Assembly (NCBI RefSeq): GCF_963921235.1
Contig: NC_086097.1
Coordinates: 236,470,001-236,534,000 of the forward strand
Reading direction: 5' to 3'
Source: Mobula hypostoma
Taxonomy: Eukaryota
Length of the DNA stretch: 64,000 nucleotides
Part shown: positions 50,401 through 64,000 of the stretch, piece after piece
Position numbering within the stretch: position 1 is the stretch's first letter
Layout: each line of letters opens with the position of its first letter
Notes under the pieces: model-generated
What the model was told of the DNA's origin: nothing
Database searches by the model: none
What the model saw: only the letters and a program-made list of their open reading frames with translations
Made by a program: the position numbers and the translations under genes

Positions 50401-50990
50401 TAGGACTGAGTTTAAGAGAGGTAATGTTACAGCTTAAGAGGACCCTGATCAAACCCCACTTGGAGTACTGTGCTCAGCTCTGGTCACCTCACTACAGGAA
50501 GGATAGAGAAACTATAGAAAGGGTGCAGAGAAGATTTACAAAAATGTTGTCTGGATTGGGAGGGCATGCCTTATGAAATCAGGTTGAGTGAACTTGGTCT
50601 TTTCTCCTTGGAGCGAAGGAGGATGAGCGGTGACCTGATAGAGGTTTATAAGTTGATGAGAGGCATTGATCGTGTGGATAGTCAGGAGCCTTTTCCCAGG
50701 GCTGAAAGGGCTGACATGAGAGGGCACAGTTTTAAGGTGGTTGGAAGTAGGTACAGAGGATATGTCATGGGCACTTTTTTTATGCAGAGAGTGGTGAGTG
50801 TGTGGAATGGGCTGCCGGTGATGGTGGTGGAGGTGGATACAATAGGGTTTTTTAAGAGACTCCTGGATAGGTACATTGAGCTTAGAAAAATAGAGGGCTA
50901 TGGGTAACCCTGGGTAATTTCTAAAATAAGTACATGTTCGGCACAGCATCATGAAGGGCCTCTATTGTGTTGCAGGTTTTCTATGTTTCT
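47420..50990 (+). mobile_element. Near-full-length degraded CR1 LINE (5' UTR, ORF1 zinc finger and esterase, ORF2 with RT core deleted, 3' tail)
   Basis: ORF1 start MSVRPVFCIGCQM at 47718; SLPGVRVRDV, VVVHIGTNDIG; YFNAR, ETW; internal deletion at about 50203; ttttctatgtttct end. Confidence 0.9.
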
Positions 50991-51229
50991 GTGACTTCAT
51001 TTTTAATCATACAGTAAGTGTCAGAACCAGAACAACAGGGGGAAAGAATTTGGTCATGATGTCTCTCTGGGGTGGTTCTTCACTTCCTCATACCCACTCA
51101 CTAATCCTTTCTTGATGGACAAAACACACCATCATGGAATACACTTTTGAACACAGGAGCTCCTCCTATTGATTTCCTCCTGTTTTCTTCCCTTACCAAC
51201 TTTCCCAATCATATAATTAGGTAATACTC

Positions 51230-51747
51230 ACAACACGCTAGAGGAACTCAGTAGGTTGGGCAACATCCGTGGAAAAGATCGGTCGACGTTTCAGGCCAGA
51301 ACCCTTTGTCAGGACTGAAGAGGGAAGGGGCAGAGGCCCTATAAAGAAGGTGGGAGGAGGGTGGGAAGGAGAAGGCTGGTAGATTCCAGATGAAAAACCA
51401 GTAAGGGGAAAGATCAAGGGGTGGGGGAGGGAAAGCAGGGAGGTGATAGTCAGGAAAGGTGAAGAAAGAATAGGGGAAAACATAATGGGTAGTGGAAGGA
51501 GGCAGAACCATGAGGGAGGTGATAGGCATCTGGGGGAGGGGGCAGAGTGACATAGGGATAGAGGAAGGGAGGGGGAGGGAATTACCGGAAGTTGGAGAAT
51601 TCTATGTTCATACCAAGGGGCTGGAGACTACCTACACGGTATATGAGGTGTTGCTACTCCAGCCTGAGTTTAGCCTCATCATGGCAGTAGATGAGGCCAT
51701 GTATGGACATTTCTGAATGGGAGTGGGAAGCAGAGTTGAAGTGGGTC
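51230..51747 (-). mobile_element. PLE 3' fragment (end of GIY-YIG domain plus pLTR)
   Basis: Homologous to 24620-25170; hammerhead relic with CTGACAA core at 51281-51316. Confidence 0.8.
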
Positions 51748-53056
51748 ATATTCTGCCTGGCATAACTTTCAGCTTTGTGAGATGAAAAATTGATACATTT
51801 TACAGTTAATGGCTAAAATGCTAAGTCCATAAGACCATAAGACATAGGAGCAGAGTTAGGCTCATTGAGTCTGCTCCCCTATTCCATCATGGCTGATTTA
51901 TTATTCCCCTCTTCCACATTCTCCTGCCTTCTCCTCACATTATGTTCAATACCGTTTCACAAAGCCATTTATGTTTTTGTATGCCTCTCTGAGAGGTGTT
52001 GCCTGAAAGTAAAAGGAGCGATTAAATTTGGATTCAAAATGGATTTTAAAAAATTTATCCATAGCTACTACAGCATTATGTCTGCATCTTGTGAGATTTC
52101 CAGACATGGGTCTGAATGGTCAATGTGTAGTGGGATTTAAAATTGCATCATTTTCTGTGCTTGAATTAATAAACTTTTACTTTGTGTTGCATTATTTCCC
52201 AAAAGGACAGAATAATTCTTGCCTATAAATTTTTTATTGATTTGAGTTTGAAGTTCAGATGCAATGTTTGAATTACAGATTACTCATCTGTTATTGAAAT
52301 GATTGGGTTTAATGGAAAGAATCATTAAGTGGATTCTAAAAATCACAACAACATTTTCATATCCTGGAAATAAGATGAAAATCTCCACCTTTGTCTCCCC
52401 AGGTAAGGTGAGAATTATGATCGAAGGCACATTGATGGGGCAGGATACACCAGTCATTTAAGGCTTGTTAAAATGTCTAATATTGCAAAATTCATTGGTC
52501 ATAGAGTGAGAGGAAAGTACAGCCTAGAAACAGGTCCTTCGGCCCATCCAGTCTGTGCTGAGCCATTTAAACTGCCTACACCACATTGACCTGCTCCGAG
52601 ACCACAACCCTCCATCTGCCTACCATCCATGTACCCATCCAAACTTCTGTTAAACTGGTATATTCTATGGCACCCTGAAAGGTCATTAAGAGGTTCGTTC
52701 CACTGTTGTGAACTGCATATTAAAAGTTAAACACACCTTGGTTTATCCTTGATCTTCAATGGCAATACCATAACTGATTACATTCACCATCAACACCAAT
52801 GGCAAGAAATCCATCCTCTCCAGTCATATGCTATAAATACCATGTCTACTGGCACTTGTCAGAAACTGTGGTGTGGTAATGGGAGTCCTTGGTGATAGCT
52901 GTTGCTTTTCTGAGACATCGCCTCTTAATGGTTTGGAGAACGGTACACGTGGCTGCAGGTATTCACCCTCAATAACTATAATTGATTAGGTGCAAGGAGA
53001 ACCCATACTAATTCCAATTACATTTATTGATGTTATGATGTTGTGACCATTAAATA

Positions 53057-55700
53057 GACTTGGATGGCTCAGGGGCACGAATAGTTACTTCGAATGCCAG
53101 GCTTTAGCTGTTTCAGAAAGGACAGGGAGGGAGGCAAAAGAATTGGGGACGTGGCACTGCTGATCAGAGATAGTGTCACGGCTGCAGAAAAGGAGGAAGT
53201 CATGGAGGGATTGTCTACAGAGTCTCTATAGGTAGAAGTTAGGAACAGCAAGGAGTCAATAACTCTACTGGGTGTTTTTTATAGCCTTCCCAATAGTAAC
53301 AGGGACATCAAGGAGCAGATCGGGAGACAGATTCTGGAAAGGTGTAATAATAACTGGGTTGTCATGGTGGGAGATTTTAGTTTCCCAAATATTGATTGGC
53401 ATTTCCCTAAAGCAAGGGGTTTACAAGATCTCAAGACAAAGGAGCAGAAGTAGGCCATTCGGCCCATCGAGTCTGCTCCGCAGCTCCCCCATGAGCTAAA
53501 CTATTCACCCATCTAGTTCCAATTTCCGTCTTTTTCCCCATATCCCTTGATACCCTGGGTTTAGATGGGGTGGAGTTTGTTAGGTGTGTTCAGGAAGGTG
53601 TCTTGACATAACATGTAGGTAAGCCTACAAGAAGAGGCTGGACTTGATCTGGCATTGGGAAATTAACCTGGTCTGATGTCAGATCTCTTAGTGGGAGAGT
53701 GTTTTGAAGATAGTGATCACAATTCTATCTCTTTTACCAGAGCATTGGAGAGGGATAGGAACAGACAAGTTAGGAAAGCATTTAATTGGAATAAGGGGAA
53801 ATATGAGGCTATCAGGCAGGAAAGAAATCAGAAGAGCCAGAAGGGACGATGAGAATGTGTTGGTGGATAGGATTAAGGAAAACCCCAAGGCATTCTACAA
53901 GTATGTGAACAGCAAGATGATAAGACATGAGAGAATAGGACCAATCCAATGTGACAGTGGAAAAGTGTGTATGGAACCGGAGGAGATAGCTGAGGTACTA
54001 AATGATGAATACTTTGCTTCAGTATTTACTATGGAAAAGGATCTTGGCGATTGTAGGGATGACTTACAGTGACTGAACAGCTTGAGCATACAGACATTAA
54101 GAAAGAGGATGTGCTGGAGATTTTGGAAAGCATCAAATTGGATAAGTCTCCGCCACCGGACGAGGTGTACCCCAGGCTACTGTGGGAGGCGAGGGAAGAA
54201 ATTGCTGAGCCACTGGCAATGATCTTTGCATCATAAATGGGAACGGGAGAGGTTCCGGAGGATTGTAGGGTTGCGGATGTTGTTTTCTTATTCAAGAAAA
54301 GGAGTAGCGATAGCCCAGGAAATTATAGACCAGTGAGTCTTACTTCAGTGGTTCGTAAGTTGATGGAGAAGATCCTGAAAAGCAGGATGTATGAACATTT
54401 GGAGAGGAATAATATGATTAGGAATAGTCAACATGGCTTTATCGAAGGCAGGTCGTACTTACCAGCCTGATTGAATTTTTTGAGGATGTGACTAAACACA
54501 TCGATGGAGGTAGAGCAATGGATGTAGTTTATATGGATTTCAGCAAGGCATTTGATAAGGTAGCCTCATCAATTGAGAAAGTAAGGAGGCATGGGATCCA
54601 AGGAGACCTTGCTTTGTGGATCCAGAATTGGCTTGCCCACAGAAGGCGAAGAGTGGTTGTAGATGGGTCATTTTCTGCATGGAAGTCGGTGGCCAATGGT
54701 GTGCCTCAGGGATCTGTTCTGGGACCCCTTCTCTTCATGATTTTTATAAATGACCTGGATGAGGAAGTGGAGGGATGGATTAGTAAATTTGCTGATGACA
54801 CAAAGGTTGGGGGTGTTGTGGATAGCGTGGAGGGCTGTCAGAGGTTACAGCGGGACATTAATAGGATGCAAAACTGGGCTGAGTGGTAGCAGATGAAGTT
54901 CAACCCAGATAAGTGTGAGGTGGTTCATCTTGGTAGGTCAAATATGATGGCAGAATATAGTATTAATGGTAAGACTCTTGACAGTGTGGAGGATCAGAGG
55001 GATCTTGGAGTCTGAGTCCATAGGATACTCAAAGCTACTGCGCAGTTTGACCCTCTGGGTAGTAAGGCATACGGTGCACTGGCTTTCATCAATTATGGGA
55101 TTGAGTTTAGTAGCCAAAAGGTAATGATACAGCTATATAGGACCCTGGTCAGACCGCACTTGGAGTACTGTGCTCAGTTCTGGTTGCCTCTCTATAAGAA
55201 GGATGTGGAAACCATAGAAAGGCTGCAGAGGGGATTTACAAGGACGTTGCCTGGATTGGGGAGCATGCCTTATGAGAATAGGTTGAATGAACTTGGCCTT
55301 TTCTACCTGGAGCGATGGAGGATGAGAGGTGACTTGATAGAGGTGTATAATATGATGAGAAGCATTGATCGTGTGAATAGTTAGAGGCTTTCTCCCAGGG
55401 CTGAAATGGCTAGCATGAGAGAGCACTGTTTTGAGGTGCTTGGAAGTAGCTACAGTGGAGATGTCATAGGCAAGTTTCTTATGCAGAGAGTGGTGAGTGC
55501 ATGGAATGGGCTGCCAGTGACGGTGGTGGAGGCAGATACGATAGGGTCTTTTAAGAGACTCCTGGATAGGTACATGGAGCTTAGAAAATTTGGGGGCTAT
55601 GGGTAACCCTAGGTATTTTCTAAGGTAAGGGCATGTTCAGCACAGCTTTGTGGGCTGAAGGGCCTGTATTGTGCTGTAGGTTTTCTATGTTTCTATGTTT
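53057..55700 (+). mobile_element. Degraded CR1 LINE ORF2 to 3' tail, with a nested antisense CR1 tail at 53424-53556
   Basis: RT motifs in 54237-55606; (TTTCTATG)n tail; nested piece has 7-bp TSD gggttta and matches the reverse complement of about 63847-63972. Confidence 0.9.
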
Positions 55701-56825
55701 CTTTTATTTCAGTTAAAACATGCAAGTCATACAAAACGAAATTTCTACGCACCGCGCACTCCTGCTCGGATTCTCCAACAATTCCTGAACAGTTAATGAA
55801 CAGAAAGGTGATACCCTGTAAAAGGAGTTTACACTGCTCAGACTTTCCTCTTCAACCCAACACAATCTCCATGTTTCCACTGTGGTGGGGAGAGGGTGTC
55901 ATCCACTTCCATAATGTTTGGTCTCCAGAGTTTTCGTAATTTGTTATCTGATCAAACTTCTGTTTTTCAATTTTGTTGCCTCTGGCTCACTTGATTGAAT
56001 AAGGTCATTAGATGTGGACCAAGGCTCTCAGCAGTATCACTTCATTTCTTTTCAACCAGGCTTGTGCTTCAGTTAATTTTCTTTGTTTTCCCTGAGATGG
56101 ACCAATTTAGTTTGGTCACTCATACACTGGATTTAGGTTACTTCAGGCTTTTTTTCCATAAGCCTGCTGCTTCTACTTAACCAAATAAGCAGCTTCTTAT
56201 TTAATGATCTTAAGTTTGTCGAACATTGGCAGGAACCTTACTGTCTCCACTTTCAATTGCTCTGATCAAGCCATTCTTGAGACCAAGAGCCAGATCACAA
56301 AATTGCTAACAAAATGGTGGCCACAAGAATAATCCCACAAAATGGTTGCCCCCATGCCTTTGCTCACATGGCAAGAACAAAGACTCTTGGCTTGTTTAAT
56401 TTCACTGTCCTTGACTCATTCGAGTTAGCTGCTTTGAAGTTATTAATTCCTTTCTGGCCAACACTGTGATGGAACTTAATTGACCACTATCCTTAACTGA
56501 TCATACAACTTACAAAACTCACTTTCGAGGACTCTTTACAACTCCTGTTCTCAGTATTATTTGTTTTATCGGATAGTTTGTCTTCTTTTGCATCTTGGTT
56601 GTTTGTCAGTCTTTTATATGTCTTTTCATAAATTCTATTGTATTTCTTCACTTTCATGTAAATACTTGCAAGATAGTATATGGAAACATAAAGATAACTT
56701 TGATAATGAATTTACTTTGAGCTTTGACACTGATATCACAAGGTACAGATGCTTTTGGGTCTTGCATGGGTGTGTCACTAATCTCCTTCTCAAGGCATGC
56801 ATAAAAGACACAAAACTCTTCAGGG

Positions 56826-57014
56826 AAATGCACACACAATGCTGGAGGAACTCAGCAGGCCAGACAGCATCGTTGAAAAAAGTACAGTCGATGTTTCGGG
56901 CCAAAATGCTGATTGTACTTTTATCCATATATCCTGCCTGGCCTGCTGAGTTCCTCTAGCATCTTGCATGTGTCGCTCAGATTTCCAGCATCTGCAGGTT
57001 TTCTTTTGTTTGTG
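56826..57014 (+). mobile_element. Older PLE pLTR fold-back insertion
   Basis: Inverted arms tgctggaggaactcagcaggccag / ctggcctgctgagttcctctagca; TSD aaactcttcaggg / aaactccgcaggg (56813-56825, 57015-57027). Confidence 0.7.
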
Positions 57015-57119
57015 AAACTCCGCAGGGCGTAATGATCTTTGCTGCTTAATGCTTTTTGTTTTCCCCTTATAGAAGCTAACGGCGTGAAAACTCTCCCATA
57101 GCTGTTGTTTCCCCAGCTG

Positions 57120-57790
57120 CTTCTATAATTGTCTCTTTGCTCTCATGACAGCCTTCCAGAGGCCATTCATGAACACAGCAAATCTCACCCTCAGCAAATA
57201 ACAAATCTCCTGGTTCACCCAGGGCTTCTGGTTTGAGAAGATCCTATATGCTTGTATGGACACACAGTCGTTCTTAGTGAATTTTGTGATGTCTGTAGCA
57301 CATTTATTCACTTCCATTAATGAATCCTTGAATATAGTACAGGCAATACAAAACAAGCCTCCCTGGACCTCAATCACAGTCCGCTCCACTGGTGCCACAC
57401 TGCTTATTTTCTCCCTGTACGCAGCGACTGGAAACACAGTCGGATGGTCAGATTTACAGAGCTGCGGACACAGAATGGCTCAGTGGGTATTGTTGATGGT
57501 GGTGCATCAATGATCAGTGTGATGAGTCCTTTGGTGTTGCAGGTGACATGCTGGTAGTAGTTCACCAGAGGGTTCTATAAGCTAACTTGATTGAAGTTCC
57601 CCGCAATGATGGGTGAGGTTTCAGAGTGTGCTTCTCCATGCCTGTTAGACAAAGCGCTCAATTTCTCAAGTGCCAGCTTGAGTTTTGCTTGGGTTGGGTG
57701 TACAGCAACCAGGATAATTGTAGAGAACTCCCTTGGCAGATAGTATGGATGATATTTGGCTACCAGATTCTCCAGTTCAAGTGGGTAGGA
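57120..57790 (-). mobile_element. Highly degraded Rex1/Babar endonuclease-region fragment
   Basis: PYYLPREFSTIILVAVH, IIAGNFNQ, FSNQKPWVN. Confidence 0.6.
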
Positions 57791-57807
57791 CAGAGACCAA
57801 ATCAAAA

Positions 57808-58347
57808 CTCTGGTTAGGCCACACTTGGAGTACTGTGTCCAGTTCTGGTCAAGTCACTATAGGAAGGATGTGGAAGCATTGGAAAGGGTACAGAACAGAT
57901 TTACCAGGATGCTGCCTGGTTTAGAGAGTATGCATTATGATCAGAGATTAAGGGAGCTAGGGCTTTACTCTTTGGAGAGAAGGAGGATGCGAGGAGACAT
58001 GATAGAGGTGCACAAGATAATAAGAGGAATAGATAGAGTGGACAGCCAGCACCACTTCCCCAGGACACCACTGCTCAATACAAGAAGACATGGCTTTAAG
58101 GTAAGGGGTGGGAAGTTCAAAGGGGATATTGGAGGAAGGTTTTTTTTTTTACTCAGAGTGGTTGGTGCGTGGAATGCACTGCCTGAGTCAGTGGTGGAGG
58201 CAGATACACTAGTGAAGTTTAAGAGACCACTAGACAGGTATATGGAGGAATTGAAGGTGGGGGCTTATATGGGAGGCAGGGTTTGAGGGTCAGCACAATA
58301 TTGTGGGCCGAAGGGCCTGTACTGTGCTGTACTATTCTATGTTCTAT
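57808..58347 (+). mobile_element. CR1 3' fragment
   Basis: ORF 57825-58286 EYCVQFWSSHYRKD..; (TTCTATG) tail. Confidence 0.9.
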
Positions 58348-58552
58348 CACATATGAGCATCACGTCAAGATAATCAAACAACAAACACCACTGTCTACCT
58401 TCAACTAATACCACCATCCAGTCCATGTAGTGGTTGGTGAAACCTTCAGCTTTGAGTGCTGTGTCCAGAGAGCTGGGGAGGGGGGGGGGTGAGCCGTATC
58501 TCTGTGAAGCAGAGTACACAGTAGTCCCTCGTATCTCTGGGACATCTCATAA

Positions 58553-58810
58553 TTGCACAGCAGTTAGCATATTGCTTTCCAGTTTCAACAATCATTGATC
58601 GGTCAAATCCCACGGCTGATTGTAAGGATTTTTCATGTTCTCTCCATGCCCTGGTGGGTTTCCTACCCCATTCCAAAGTTGCACGATTAGGGTTATTGAG
58701 TTCTGGACATGCTCTGTTGATGCTGAAGCACGGCAGCAATTCCAGGCAGCCCGGCACAATCCCAGATGATTTAATTTGACGGAAACAATGCGTTTCACTG
58801 AATGCTTCAT
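58553..58810 (+). mobile_element. Degraded SINE
   Basis: gcagttagc head, gtgggtttcc..ttccaaag core; tail related to 1130-1290. Confidence 0.45.
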
Positions 58811-59017
58811 TATGTCAATGTGGTCGGGTACTCGGTCCCACCTTCAACATTTACTGTTTTAATTGAACTCTTCCTGCACAATAAACATTTCTCACCCCAT
58901 AACCCATGTGATCATGCCACCAATGACTCCTTTTAAAGATTTGGACTCTCCTTAGTACACCCAAACAAAAATAGGCATTATGCATCAAAATCAAATAGGA
59001 TAACTAATTTTCCTTTC

Positions 59018-60680
59018 AGATCTTGGCAATTGTAGGGATGACTAACAGTGGATTGAAAAACTTGAGCATGTAGGTATTAAGAAAGAGGATATGCTGGAAC
59101 TTCTGAAAAGAATCAAGTTGGATAAATCGCCGGTACTGGATGAGATGTACCCCAGGCTACTGTGGGAGGCGAGGGAGGAGATTGCTGAGACTCTGGTGGT
59201 GGTCTTTGCATCATCAATGGGGACAGGAGAGGTTCTGGAGGATTGGAGGGTTGTGGATGTTGTTCCCTTATTCAAGAAAGGGAGTAGGGATAGCCCAGGA
59301 AATTATAGACCAGTGAGTCTTAATTCAGTGGTTGGTAAGTTGATGGAAAAAATCCTGAGAGTCAGGATTTATGAACATTTGAAGAGGCATAATATGATTA
59401 GGAATAGTCAGCATGGCTTTGTCAAAGGCAGGTTGTGCCTTATGAGTCTGATTGAATTTTTTTTTTTGAGGATGTGACTAAACACATTGATGAAGGCAGA
59501 GTAGTGGATGAAATCTATATGGATTTCAGCAAGGCATTTGACAAGGTATCCCATGTAAGGCTTATTGCTAAAGTAAGGAGACATGGGATCCAAGGGGACA
59601 TTGTTTCGTGGATCCAGAACTGGCTTGCCCACAGAAGGCAAAGAGTGGTTGTAGACGGGTCATATTCTACTTGGAGGCCGGTGACCAGTGGTGTGCCTCA
59701 GGGATCTGTTCTGGGACCCCTAGTCTTCGTGATTTTTATAACTGACCTAGATGAGGAAGTGGAGGGATAGGTTAGTAAATTTGTGATGATACAAAGGTTG
59801 GGGATGTTGTGGATAGTGTAGAGGGCTGTCAGAGGTTACAGCAGGTCATTGACAGGATGCAAAACTAAACTGAGAAGTTGCAGATGGAGTTCAACCCAGA
59901 TAAGTGTGAGGTGGTTCATTTTGGTAGGTCAAGTATGATGGCAGAATATAGTATTCATGGTAAGATTCTTGGCAGCATGGAGGATCAGAGGGATCTTGGG
60001 GTCTGAGTCCATTGGAGACTCAAAGCTACTGCATAGGTTGACTCTGTGGTTAAGAAAGCATACAGTGGATTGGCTTTCTTCAATCATAGGACTGAGTTTA
60101 GGAACCGAGTGTTAATGTTGCAGCTATATAGGGCCCTGGTCAGACCTCACTTGGAGTACTGTGCTCAGTTCTGGTCACCTCACTACAGGATGGATGTGGA
60201 AACCAAAAGGGTGCAGAGGAGATTTACAAGGATGTTGCCTGGATTGGGGAGCATGCCTTATGAGAATAGGTTGAGTGAACTTGGCCTTTTATCCTTGGAG
60301 CAACGGAGGATGAGAGGTGACTTAATAAAGGTGTAGAAGACAATGGGAGGCATTGATCTTGTGGATAGTCAGAGGTTTTTTCCCCAGAGCTGAAATGACT
60401 AGCATGAAAGGGCACAGGTTTAAGGTGCTTGGAAGTAGGTATAGAGGAGATGTCAGGGGTAAGTGTTTTATTCAGAGAGTGGTGAGTGTGTGGAATGGGC
60501 TGCCGGTGACAGTGGTGGAGGCGGATACAATAGGGTGTTTTAAGAGACTCCTGGATAGGCATGAGGAGCTCAGAAAAATAGGGGGCTATGGGTAACCCTA
60601 GATAATTTCTAAGGCAAGAACAGCACAGCTTTGTAGGCCAAAGGGCCTGTATTGTACTGTAGGCTTTCTATGTTTCTATA
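59018..60680 (+). mobile_element. Degraded 5'-truncated CR1 LINE
   Basis: [44 protein letters not shown]; tttctatgtttcta tail. Confidence 0.9.
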
Positions 60681-61215
60681 TAGGATTGTTGACAATTCCA
60701 CATGGACACATTCTGTAATTTACAGAATCACAGGGCTTGATGCAAAGTGTATCATTATATTTTTCAGACACACTCATCAACTGTAGTCCCACATAATTTG
60801 TGTTTCTTTAAAAATTACAATGTTAGTATATAGTTCCTAGTGTCAATACATTATTTTTGTGCTTGTCTGCCATCATTGCAGTAAATGAAGAGTCACTTGA
60901 AAATCTTGCCTTAATGCTTTGGTTATTTTCATCACTTGATACCTTGTAAGATAACAATCTTGAAGATTAAGTTACATTATATTCTTCATAGGATAATCAC
61001 CAAGAATTTCTGAAAAGTCCTTTGCAAAATCAGTCACATCATTTGGAATGATATTCAAATCAAACTAATTGTTGGCAAAAGTCAAAGAAAGCTTTGAGAA
61101 AATTGGGCACCATAAAGTGATTAATGGTGAATGATCAAATCTGCAGAGGGTGTGAATGGAAAGGAATAAGATAGAACTAGCACAAATAGATACCTGATGG
61201 TCAGTGCATTTCTGG

Positions 61216-62499
61216 TGTCACAAGGGCGTGCTAGGAACGGACCCAAATGCAAGACACAGACACTGAAGTACAAGGAACAGGACTTGACTAGAGTAGGGAC
61301 GCAACAGAATTCAGGCAAGGAGCAGGGACAAGAATGCAGAGTTGGGCTAGGGAAAGCAGGACCAGGACTAGAAACTATGGATTAGGAGACAAGGCTTGGA
61401 CTCCGAGCCCAAGACTGGACAAGGACCCAGAACCTGGGTCTTACCTCAGGCTTGGAACCGGAACCAGGCAAGGACATGACATGGCTTCAGGACAGGACGT
61501 GGCTGGGGTCTAGAGGCCTGAGTTTGGAGACAGGCTGGGGTCTTGGGTCTTGAGCTTGGCTTGGGATCTTGGTCTTGAAGGCTCAAGGCTTGGGGTCTTG
61601 GTCTTGAAGGCTTGGCTAGGGATCCTCAAGGCTTGGGTTCTTGGAGCTTGGCTGCGGGATACTCGTCTTGAAATGCGGAGGCTGATAACTCAGAGGCTGG
61701 AGCTGAGAGACAGACTGGGAACTGAACATCAGCATAGAGCCAGGACTTATCCTTTGACAAGCCAGGACTCATCTTTAACACAATACTAACATGAGACAGG
61801 ACAGAACATAAACATGGAGCCCGCACTTATCCTATGACAAGTCATGACTCAACTTCATCTCCACACCAAGGTGGGACAGGTCCACCTGTTGGGTCACAGC
61901 AAGACAGCCTAACTTACCCCAGAGGCAGGGACAAGACAAGACAGGACACCCCACAGGGCAGCAGCAAGACAGCCTAACTTACCTCACAGAGGCAAGGACA
62001 AAACATGACCCCCCCACCCCACAGGGCAATGGCAAGACAGCCTGACTTACCCCACAGAGGCAAGGACAAGAGACAAACACCAAAGAACAACAGACAATTC
62101 CATCTCTGCTCCAGGGTAGCTCCAAGTCTCAGTTCAGCCAGCAACCTCCACTGGCTACAGAAACAGCCAGATCCCTACCTAGCTCAGAGTAGCTGACAGC
62201 CACTCAGCTGGCCCAGGAAACAGCCAAATCCATACCGCAAAGACAGCTCCAACTACTGATAGCAAGGCTCCACAAGGGGCTGGTTCCCCAACACAGCCCA
62301 AAGATGGCAATTGGCTGCTCCAGCCTTCCACCAGCCAGTTACTCCAGGGAGGACTAACAAGACAAACCAGCAGCCCATACTCAATCCCAAGGCTACTTAT
62401 ATTGCAAGCCCAAAGAGGGGAATCAGGTGCCAATGATTAACTCAAACAAGGGACAGCTGGAAGACCCGGAGTCCTGAGTACACGGACCGGACCATGACA
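61216..62499 (-). mobile_element. Solo LTR (probably Gypsy-type) with internal tandem repeats
   Basis: TGTCA...TGACA termini; 5-bp TSD tctgg / cctgg; minus-strand TATAAG at 62396-62401; 65-68-bp repeats at 61899, 61964 and 62032. Confidence 0.7.
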
Positions 62500-62987
62500 C
62501 CTGGTACATCAACAGTAATTTCTTTGTCTGAATGTTATCACAGCCTACATTGAAAATAGCGTCATATCATTTGAGAAAAATCGGCTATTGCCAACGCACC
62601 CATCATACAGCAAAGTTTCAGTGGTGTTATTTCGTATGGCATCCGCACATCTATTGACACAAGTCCGTCCTTTCAGGAGCTGCGATTGGATTGATCTTCA
62701 CCTGCTATCTCATCCACAGCTATTCCAATATGAGTGATCCTGAGCTGGCATCGCCTGATGGAGTTCTTGAAGCATGCAAGCTTCCACATGCCGTCAACAC
62801 GGAGAAAAATTTCAATAACACTTAGAGATGCATTGCGGGCTGGAGATGTACATGCCATTGTAAACACTCTGCAGATCTATTGTCTGATTGACTGGTCAGG
62901 TAGCATCTATGGAGGGAAACAAACTTAACATTTTGGGCCTTGGCCCAATAAACTCATACAATACTTCAACAAGATGCAACCAAAGCA

Positions 62988-63972
62988 ACTGCTCCTTTTT
63001 ACGATGTATATCGATGATTTGGATTATGGATTAAATGGTTTTGTGGCTAAGTTTGCGGATGACACCAAGATAGGTGGAGGAGCAGGAAGTGTTGAAGAAA
63101 CGGAAAGGTTGCAGAGAGACTTAGTCAGTTTAGGAGAGTGGGCAAAGAAATGGCAGATGAGAGACAACGTTGACAAATGTACGGTTGTACATTTCGGAAG
63201 AAGAAATAATCGGGCAGATTATTATTTAGATGGGGAGAAAATTCAAAAATCGGAAGTGCAAAGGGACTTGGGGGTCCTCGTGCAGGATACCCTAAAGGTT
63301 AACCACCAAGTTGGATCAGCGGTAAGGAAAGCGAATGCTATGTTGGCATTCATTTCAAGAGGAATAGTGTATAAGAGTAAGGAGGTGCTGATGAGGCTCT
63401 ATGGGGCATTAGTGAGACCTCATTTGGAATACTGTGTGCAGTTTTGGGCCCCCTATCTTAGAAAGGATATACTGATATTGGAGAGAGTTCAGAGAAGATT
63501 TACGAGGATGATTCCTGGAATGCAGGGGCTAACATATGAGGAGCATTTGTCGGCTCTTGGATTGTATTCATTAGAGTACAGAAGAATGAGAGGGGATCTC
63601 ATAGAAACTTTTGAATGTTGAAAGAGCTGGACAGAGTAGATGTGGAAAGGTTGTTTCCCTTGATGGATGAGTCCAGGACAAGAGGCCATAGTCTTAGAAT
63701 TAGAGGGTACCCAGTTAAAACAGAGATGAGGAGAAATTTTTTTAGCCAGAGAGTCGTGGATTTGTGGAATTCGTTGCCACATACAGCTGTGGAGGCCCGA
63801 TCATTGAGGATGTTTAAGGAGGAGATTGACAGGTATCTAATTAGTCAGGGTATCAAGGGATATGGGGAAAAAGCCGGAAATTAGAACTAGATGGGTGAAT
63901 AGTTTAGCTCATGGGGGAGCTGCGGAGCAGACTCGATGGGCCAAATGGCCTACTTCTGCTTCTTTGTCTTGT
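62988..63972 (+). mobile_element. 5'-truncated CR1 LINE
   Basis: ORF 62974-63621 KFADDTK..RPHLEYCVQFWAP; tail gggccaaatggcctacttctgct..tcttgtga. Confidence 0.9.
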
Positions 63973-64000
63973 GAATAATGCCTCAGTGCCTGCATATTGT

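Noticed and set aside
1..64000. Prokaryotic RT systems (retron, DGR, group II intron), CRISPR arrays or operons
   Set aside because: All RT and nuclease motifs belong to eukaryotic CR1, L1, Rex1 and Penelope elements; no gene-dense prokaryotic organisation

Overview
Eukaryotic, transposon-saturated genomic DNA. The repeat complement (many CR1 subfamilies, V-SINE/HE1-like SINEs, Neptune-type Penelope elements, Rex1/Babar) suggests a cartilaginous fish, probably a ray; this taxon call is inference. I found no host gene I can support. Most of the window is nested CR1 LINE copies. It also holds one full-length, TSD-flanked L1 LINE (5399-11213; intact ORF1, ORF2 broken by one frameshift and an FADD>FADV change), Penelope-like insertions carrying minimal hammerhead ribozyme motifs, a Tc1 deletion derivative, a solo LTR, SINEs and RTE-like leaders. 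Three observations stand out. (1) A correctly phased U_UUA_AAC slippery heptamer sits directly before the ORF1 stop in all three CR1 copies that retain the ORF1/ORF2 junction, with ORF2 in the -1 frame and, in the best-preserved copy, no usable ATG; this suggests programmed -1 ribosomal frameshifting. (2) Two tandem minimal hammerheads with intact cores lie 417 nt apart and could excise a unit-length RNA. (3) Penelope fold-back insertions recur with a fixed ~35-nt asymmetric tail and 12-14 bp TSDs. Boundaries of degraded elements are approximate, and family names come from motif recognition, not database searches.
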